Shown here piece after piece: positions 55,971 to 64,000 of a DNA stretch of 64,000 nucleotides. The notes beneath the pieces are model-generated. The model was not told the DNA's origin. It ran no database searches and was given only the letters and a program-made list of their open reading frames with translations. Origin of the DNA: Octopus vulgaris. Taxonomy: Eukaryota. The stretch is taken from positions 56,358,001 to 56,422,000 of the forward strand of contig OX597820.1 of NCBI GenBank assembly GCA_951406725.2, in the 5' to 3' direction. The translations under genes were made by a program, and so were the position numbers. How positions within the stretch are numbered: position 1 is the first letter of the stretch; each line of letters begins with the position of its first letter.

Positions 55971-56310
55971 GTGAAAGAAAAAGGAGTTCAGAATGCTGGA
56001 TGGTTGTATAATATCAAAAAATATATATATATTTATTTACATATCACATATCACATGACGAAGCCTTCCAGCCTCACAGACCCCAGTTGACCCGTCCAAC
56101 CCATGCTAGCATGGAAAGCGGATGCTAAATGATGATGATGATTTAAGCGCTTGCAACTACTACTGTAGTTTCATCAGAAAACTACAGTAGTAGTTGAAAG
56201 CGCTTAAACATGTAATTAAATATGTGATTTGAAGAAATAATATGTGATATGTAAATAAATTTATATATTTTTTATATACAACCATCCAGCATTCTGAACG
56301 CCTTTTTCTT
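55963..56310. repeat. Inverted repeat (55963-56050 vs 56240-56310) enclosing a 67-nt near-perfect hairpin (56142-56208)
   Basis: Direct reading of both arms. Confidence 0.75.
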
Positions 56311-57849
56311 TCATATGTATTAAATCTGTACATCATCCCCAATACTTCTAATATTATATATGTATATATACATGCACACCTGGTCCAATTTCCACCTCTG
56401 AGACTCCCACCAACCATCATCTCTCTAATATTAGTAATTTTTTTCCCCATTTGGAACTATTTCACTTGATATCCTACCCTTATCCTTAATACTGTCATCT
56501 TCACCCACATTTTACATTGATCATACTCCCTGAGCCACCAAATTATCTCTCCTTCTCAACCATCATAAGCCTCTCTCTCTCTCCCCTTCTCTTGTCTACT
56601 ATATAATCATTACTATTCTGCTACTCTTCACTCCATGTATCATTGTATCCTCACCCTCACCAACCATTCACTGCACCCATTCCTCAATCCTATCCATTTG
56701 CTACAGTTGTCATCTATTCTTTCCTACTTATCATTCCTCAATACTTGTTTATTCATTATGTTCAACACCTTACCCATTCTCCATCTCTCACTCTCCTACA
56801 CTCTTGCAGCCTCTATTTAACCATGCTCCTGGTTCTTCTATCTCCACTCACTTTTCATCTGGTACTTTGAGAGTCCACCCAGACACCCACCCACCCCATC
56901 ACCACTATTTTTATCTCAGTTTCGCTCCAATTACTCACGCCCTCTCTTCTAAAATGTGAGCTATCATGTAGAACCTCTACAGTAAGAAACCTGTTTTGCT
57001 CTGGCCCCTTTTCTCATACCTTAATTTCTTCATCTCCTAACAAAAAGCTGCCTCTCTCAGAGTACTTAGTCTTACAAGCTACAGGTTAACCTCACTAGTG
57101 CTGGTGCCATATAAAAAGTACCCACCCAGTACTCTTTGTAAAGTGGTTGGCATTTGGAAGGACATCTTGTCATAGTAACCATGCCAAAGTAAATACAGTC
57201 TACTTTGGACTGTATGATCCTGTCAGTATGGAACATAAATGTTCAATGATGATAACACCAATGACAGTGATGATGGTGATGATGATTATGATGATAGTGA
57301 CTAAGACGGCAATGACAACAACAATTTTAGGAAAATGAAACAATGAAACAAGATGGAAATTTCTACCAGTGATATGAATCCAAATAGCTATTTAACCATT
57401 AACCATACTCTGTTCATTTTATTCATTTTTCAATTCCATCTTTTTCATTTGTTTTTTTTTTTGCCCACTTTGTCTGTCCTTGTTTGTCCCCTCTATGTTA
57501 GGCCCTGTGTGGCCAAATAAAGAAATTGAACATTTTGATAGTCTCATGAAATGCCTTCTAGTATTTTTTCTGACATGACTGCATCACAATGACTAGGATT
57601 CCTTTTGAAGGACAAAAAATATTTTAGTTCTAACCAGTTGCTGACCTTCTTTTCATAAAGATCTGTAATAAATGAGACTTAAGTAAGTTGCATATATTTG
57701 GCACAGTGCTGTAGTTTTGCAAACTCAAGCATGTTATCTATCCATCCATTATCGAAGATCACAATTTCTGGGAATGTCACAGAAGTAGAGCTCTTCTCCA
57801 TAGCGTCCTGTCAGAAACAACTCTCTTTAAACTTTCTGATTAAATTCCT

Positions 57850-58130
57850 CAGTGTGAGCAATTGAGACTATGGATCCTATCCAACCGTTTTATTCAATGA
57901 TCCACCCCTAGGTCTCTTGCCAATTGTCTTGACTTCAAGTATCTGTCTTGCAATCCTTTCCAATGGCATTCTAACCACATGATCATTGTACTGGAGCTGT
58001 GATGTCTCAGTGTGAAAAAGTAGCAGCTTAACCTGGAGAGACTCCTTGATATTTGAGCTATGCACCCAGTTAAGTACATTACTCTAGAGATTCTTTGGAG
58101 GAACCCCATTTTGACTCCTTGTATTCACAG
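57850..58130 (-). mobile_element. RTE-type LINE 3' remnant
   Basis: MGFLQRISRV and QLQYNDHVVRMPLERIARQILE..GKRPRG resemble the RTE C-terminal GHVxRM...GxRxRG motif. Confidence 0.6.
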
Positions 58131-59498
58131 GCTAGTCATTATGAAAAAGGAAAATCCATTTGAGTGATTGGCAAAGATTTGATTATCAACACTATTTTAT
58201 GGAAGCACTGTTTCCTTTCTCTGCATATCTATCAGTTGGTTGTTTTACAGTGGTAAGAAGATGTTAGTAACGACAAAGTTTGCATACTTTGTTGTATGTG
58301 TATAATTCGGAATACAAACAATAACAATTTTAAGGCTTATTATTGTTTATATTTTGAGTTACATATATACAGGGGTACCAAAATCTTTTAAGAGCTCAGG
58401 TCCTTTATGGGTCTCAACCCAACCCTGACTTTTAAGCAAAGGCATTGAACAAAAGGTAGTGAGAATTCTGTTTGGGTTCTGTATTTATACATGTTTTGAA
58501 AGCAGAAAGTAGATGAGGAGAACAAAAGAAGGTGGATGTGTTTATCTAATTTGAACTGAATTTAACCAAAGATGTTTAGTAAAAGAATAGGTCTTATCTT
58601 GGTTGAACAGAATATGACGGTTGACTCTGATAAATTTCCAACTATGAATGCCGAGAACAATGGAAAGTAGCTTACAGAAAAAAATCTAGACAGACGTTTT
58701 AAACTGTTTCACCTTAAGTGAAAACCAGATAGGGATGGAATATTAGCCCTGTAGTAATGTATCTTCATGAACTGTATCAACTGTTTCAGGAACTAAAGCT
58801 GCAAACCATACCCAATAATCTTACATAAAGAGTTGGATAATGTACGACTGAGAAAAGACAGGATGGTCATGAAGGGAAAGTCTCTGATCATAAATCTGTT
58901 CTGAGTTGACCTGTTGCTACAAAACAATTGATACTACTGACATCATTACAAGAATATTTTCAACAAATAGACATAATTTTCTTTTCTTCCTTTTTTATAA
59001 CTCAAAATTGGGTAAGAAAAAAAGAAGAAAAGCAAATTTAAAAATGAATTGAAATTCGAATTATCACAAAAATGTTTAAAAACAAATCTTTTTATTACAG
59101 ATTAACCAAACAACTTGCACTTAATCTCTTTTTTTTTATTCAATTTTAACCTATAAAATTTGAACTGAAAACATTAAAACAATGTCTAAGTCACTAATTT
59201 TATTTGGATAAGTAATTGGAGAAATAGTCTGAGAAATACTTCCCCAAAACTTGATTTTTTTATCAATACTAAGTTCGTTTATGTTTAGCTGAAGGTTAGC
59301 CTTAAACGAGCAAGCGTAAGATCAAAAGCATTATAGTCATAATCATGCCGTCTTATTTTCCAGATAGTAAAAGCAAGACTAATACCCAACGAGCTGTTCT
59401 TTTTAAGATTGCCTGAGAAAGATATTTGGCTGCTATTTCTAGCAGTCAAGTGATCATGTGGGAGCGAGCGACTATTGTAAGAAGCCACATGGCATTAA

Positions 59499-59507
59499 AC
59501 CGGAAGT
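59499..59507 (+). promoter_or_regulatory. ETS/GABP-type site upstream of RPS16
   Basis: ACCGGAAGT about 220 bp upstream of the pyrimidine tract; a common element in ribosomal protein promoters. Confidence 0.5.
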
Positions 59508-59724
59508 AAAAATATAGCCTGAATCAGAATAACATTACTTAATATTTTTAATAAAATCGCATTAAAATTTCAAACTATTAACTGAATAAATAATATTATT
59601 AAATAATTAAATCAAAAAAATGTTTTATAATACGTTTCTACAGCGATGTTTTGTGTAACGATCGACACACATACTGGATTGAGGATATCTGCTCATATGA
59701 TTAGCAAATGTTCAACCCGTAGCA

Positions 59725-59733
59725 CTTCCTTTT
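59725..59733 (+). promoter_or_regulatory. TCT initiator / 5'TOP pyrimidine tract of RPS16
   Basis: cttcctttt about 20 nt upstream of the ATG. Confidence 0.65.
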
Positions 59734-59752
59734 AGAACCGACATCTTCCAAG

Positions 59753-59757
59753 ATGAA
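59753..59757 (+). CDS. RPS16: 40S ribosomal protein S16, coding part of exon 1 (ATG AA)
   Basis: aagATGAA|gtatgc; phase 2 matches the next exon. Confidence 0.75.
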
Positions 59758-59875
59758 GTATGCTCCATTTTCTTTCTATAAATTTCTTTGAATTTGGATA
59801 GTTTATATTGAAAGAAACTTCAAATTAATCTTGTAATTGATTTAATGGATTAATTGATTTTTTTTTCTCTTTTAG

Positions 59876-59924
59876 TAGTGCTCCAAAGCAACCCATACAG
59901 GCTGTACAAGTCTACGGACGTAAA
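59876..59924 (+). CDS. RPS16: 40S ribosomal protein S16 exon 2
   Basis: SAPKQPIQAVQVYGRK followed by |gtaagt. Confidence 0.92.
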
Positions 59925-62873
59925 GTAAGTTTGTGAACTCCTTTCCATTAACACTCATGGCCATATTTATTCAATGTTAGAAAAAAGAATTATTCAACCC
60001 TACAAATGTTTTTTTTTGCTTAGTTTCTTTCTTGCTTGAAATGTATTTGTTGTAAATTAATCATTCCTCCCTAACAGATTACGATGTTAAAAATAATTAA
60101 CTCTTATAATTTGTCGATGTTAATTGTATATTATCTGATGTTTGAGTAATACACCCGAAAACGTTAGATTTTAAAATTTGTCTCCTAAAAATAATTTTAG
60201 TAGCCGATGATGGAGCTTCAGTGGTTGCCCAGTGTTAGAAATAGCTTCCAAGTCTAAATTGCCCGCTATCATCTTGGAAAAGAAAAACAAAAAATCAGTG
60301 TAACGTCGTTTCGTCGTCTCTCATATGCTCCACGTGGTCTTTTTAATCGATTATAATTAACGTAGCAGTTTTAGCTCTTGATCTTTTAATACACTAAATG
60401 TATTTTCGCGGGAGTTAATATTTATTAATCATATTCTTGAATGTACAAGAAAAAGCTTTTAAATGGCAATCAAATGTTAGATTGCTTTTCATTCCGTCAT
60501 TTCCCTCCTCTTGACCGACATTTATTTCCACTGCACAAATATACTATCATCAATACAGTTTTCGGTACTACTAACGAACAGTGTTTTCTTTCTTATAGTT
60601 TATATTATCTAGATATAACTTTCATTTGTTAAAGCTTGGGAATGTTACTGATTTGAGATCCGAAATTTGCATATTTTTTCCTCTTTTAACATTGATTTCA
60701 GTGCAATTAGTGATCCTACAGTGATATGATTTTGCACGGGGGACGAATTTCCTCTGTCACCGGTCACGTTTTGTATGGATTGAATGAAGAAAACTTCGAA
60801 TCGTTTCAAAAATGAATTGCCCATTATACAATGACTTGTATGTGAATATAAAAAAAATTTAGCAACTTTTATTTGAAAGTATTTTGCCACATTACCTTCG
60901 AGTGAACCTATGAGTGTTGTTGATAAGGTTAGACAATGCGTTTCAGTGGATATAGCTATGCAGAATATTGTATACCAACCAGTAAATTAGCAAGTGCGAA
61001 AGTCTTAATGCAAAACACGGCAAATATTGCGATCTGGAAATAATACTGATAGTAAATTTTTGGAAAGGGGAAATTCAGGACATTTATTCGCTCTCTGGGT
61101 TACACGAGTGGAGATCGACTGGTCACGACTAGCTAGCGTGGATGCGCGAGTGCGCGCACCGGGACCACACTTCTTAAATAGCTGTTAATCTGTTTTGGTG
61201 GTTAGGGTTTTTGTTACGCCGAAAACGGGTTGATGCACTTGGCTAATATGAAATCTTCATTACGATCCAATTCTGTTGCGCGGCTTAGTAGCGTGGTCAT
61301 TTCAAGAGACTTATACCAAATATGGCTATTTATCATTTAATACGCTTATTCTGTATTTGTAGTAACAAAATACTGGAATTTATTCCTAAAGAAACCTACA
61401 AAATGAAATAAATTTCCTTATGCATAGTAAAATGAAATACTTAAAAATACCTACAGATAAAAAAATATGAATCAAAAGTTGTCATTAACCTTGCAACCAA
61501 ATTTACAATTACAATAAATAAAATGGGATAAATTTGGAAAAGCATTTTATGAAGGTTAAATAAAATATAATATTCCTGTCATGGAAATTTGTAAAGAATC
61601 CCACACTACATAAATACAACCTTGCAGATTGCACATTGGAAAGCTTTTTCAATTGACTGTCCACTAGTGACCACATAGGTAAAGCATTCATGTTTGTGAC
61701 AACCTTTTTTTACCTGTCTTTTATGGAGATTGGCTACATTTAAGGGACCATCCCTCTGGCAGGCCTATTCTTCCAACAGTTGTCTCCACAAGCAACCTGC
61801 TCTCAGTTGCACTGCCCCACCTACTTGGACCTCTGGATATGGTCTTGTGCTTTTGTATAGTAAAAATGCATAACAGTACTCTTGTGATATACCAAACCAG
61901 GTATCACAACCACTTATTACCAACCAAGTGATAGCTCATCATCTGATTCATACACCTCCTGTGTAACTTGTAATAGGTTCTCAGTGTGCTATTTTCATCT
62001 TCTTGTCAGTTAAGCACTTTGTGGTCACTGGCAAATTTCCTTTGTTCTCCATCACTTTAAACAATTTTCCTTTTATATCTAGTGGCAGCTCTTTTCTACT
62101 TGCAATCACAGCAGCTCACATATTCCCACAGCTTCTAAATCCTTTGCAAGTTCGGCAACTGAAAAACCAATTGAAATAATATATGGTGCTGGTTTTACTA
62201 TGGAAGTGTTAATTTCCAGGCTACATCATGTTCATTTATGTTGTCTCTCCCTCATTTAAAAATTCATAGCAATACTCAGTACTCTCCTCACAAAGTTTCC
62301 ATACCTTGATTCCCTCATTTTGTGGGTTTGCCTGACATATTGTTGGAAATGTACACAATTCTTATAATATACAATAACTTAAATTGATAATTATCTTCCT
62401 GATTTGTAATAGCTTTCATATTTTTACATATGCTCTGAATGTCATTGAGAAGGGTGCCTTATTTTATGTAAGGAATCATAATCTTCATGTACTGGCATAC
62501 TACTACTGTTTGAAATATGCAAGAACAATTCTTCTGGTGGAAGATTTTCATTTACATTGCTTTAAATCATGAAATTTATATCATAGAACCAGCAGTAGTC
62601 TCGGGCAAGTTGAGATCAATAGGGATACTCTCACTTTGAAGTATTGTCCTCATTTACAATTACAAATGCTGCATTGATTGTAACCAAGAAAACCAGGACA
62701 ATTTTGTTGGATTGTAATAGGTCTCTCTGTATAAACTGAATGTAAATTAAAAATGCTTACTCTTTTATTCCTACAATTTTCACTGGTTATAGTAATTTGT
62801 GTTTGTGCTAGGGTGCTGTTGGGAGAATATGTAAAGGATATGTAATAATTGTTTCAAATTTTAAATATTTCAG

Positions 62874-62975
62874 AAAACTGCCACTGCTGTTGCTCATTGT
62901 AAACGTGGTCGCGGTTTAATCAAAGTCAATGGTCGTCCATTGGAGAATCTAGAGCCACAGATTTTACGCTATAAG
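62874..62975 (+). CDS. RPS16: 40S ribosomal protein S16 exon 3
   Basis: [34 protein letters not shown] with cag| and |gtaag. Confidence 0.97.
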
Positions 62976-63720
62976 GTAAGAATTTCCAAATATGTATATT
63001 TCATTAACATATGACTGTTTAGTACGAACTTTGCTTCCCAATACATGGTTCTGGGTTCAGTTTCACTGTGTGGCACCTAAAGCAAATACCTTCTATATCC
63101 CTAGACCAGCACAAGCCTTGTGAGCAGATTTGGTAGAAGGAAACTCCTTGTCTTGTTATTGTCTCTGTCATACAAGTAGTATAATGTATTTCCAATATTT
63201 TGAGAGAACATGTCTGGTCTTGGGGAAATCTATCACCTTGCTTGGAAACTGGTGAGGGTTAGCAACAGGGAAGGTATCCAACCATAGAAAATCTGCCTCA
63301 AAATCTGCAAGCATGGAAAAGTGGATGTTAAATTGATGATTATATATAACCATTTCCATTTAATCATGGAATTGTCATATCTTCATCACTGGAAACAATT
63401 TGTTTATGCTTGAGTTTTCTTGCCATTTTGTAGTTTTGTTAATATCTCTAGAACAGTGATTTTACTTCAACCATTGACAGTTGCTGCTAATTAGAAAATT
63501 CATTGGTTGAACTATATTGGAATAGCTTGTCTAAACTACTCTACTAGATTAATGAACTTCCTTTATATAATTGTCTGATTTAGTTTTTCAAATAGCCTAT
63601 GACATGGCAAATCAAAAGAGCAGAAGCTTTCTATGGTATTTTATAAATTTACAGAAATGAATATTTTATCTTTAATATCCTATTTTAAATAAGCTGTAAA
63701 TGTAAATTTCTTTCTTCTAG

Positions 63721-63817
63721 CTACAAGAACCACTATTATTGCTCGGAAAAGACCGATTTTCTGCAGTTGATATTAGAGTAAAGGTGAAAGGTGGTGGTCA
63801 TGTTGCCCAGATTTATG
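63721..63817 (+). CDS. RPS16: 40S ribosomal protein S16 exon 4 (gene continues beyond the window)
   Basis: [32 protein letters not shown] with tag| and |gtgag. Confidence 0.97.
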
Positions 63818-64000
63818 GTGAGTTCTTTTCACTTCATCTAATTTAACTTTATCTCAATTTCATATTTAATCAAGAGAGAGGTGCAGTATCTACCCATTAC
63901 AAGTTCTCCCAGCCGGTATAGATGGATATAGTCGTTGGTACTTCTGCTGCTTGATACTTGAATAAAAATGCAATTTTAGGAGATAGCTTTGTTTTGGGAG

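Noticed and set aside
60131-60172. Hammerhead-like ctgatgt...cccGAAAacgtTAgat in the RPS16 intron
   Set aside because: Core A9 is altered and stem II pairs poorly; too weak to call
60913-61165. Fragmentary resemblance to U6atac 5' end, U2 3' half and RNase MRP 3' end
   Set aside because: Diagnostic motifs (AAGGAGA box, GUAGUA branch-pairing region, a P4 helix) are missing
61195-61212. Minus-strand AACCCTAAC as a telomerase RNA template
   Set aside because: No U-rich/A-rich pseudoknot strands, CR4/5 or clear H/ACA domain were found downstream, and a 9-mer is expected by chance

Overview
AT-rich, microsatellite-dense animal genomic DNA. The SINE, MITE and microsatellite content suggests a cephalopod such as Octopus, but this is inference. 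Two host genes can be rebuilt by hand from GT-AG, phase-compatible exons on the + strand. (1) A GH18 chitinase-family gene has 7 core exons from 26101 to 42091, plus a probable signal-peptide exon at 11982-12046. It keeps an intact DxxDxDxE catalytic motif and has no C-terminal chitin-binding domain. (2) The first four exons of ribosomal protein S16 run from 59753 to 63817 and continue past the window, with a 5'TOP tract and an upstream ETS site. The rest is mostly transposon-derived: a near full-length Naiad-type Penelope-like retroelement (RT + GIY-YIG), two CR1-group LINE pieces, R4/Dong-like 3' ends stacked in (TAA)n arrays, mariner/maT remnants, hAT and Tigger-type MITEs, Helitron/Helentron pieces, a solo LTR and many copies of several SINE families. 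The least obvious signal is a dense set of type-I minimal hammerhead ribozyme motifs from several unrelated families. Some are intact, one is a U3-A8 compensatory variant and several are decayed. Several sit in short non-coding, microsatellite-flanked units that carry an inverted copy of sequence around or after the cleavage site. Almost all short ORFs in the supplied track are microsatellite or SINE artefacts. All coordinates and pairings were read by eye.
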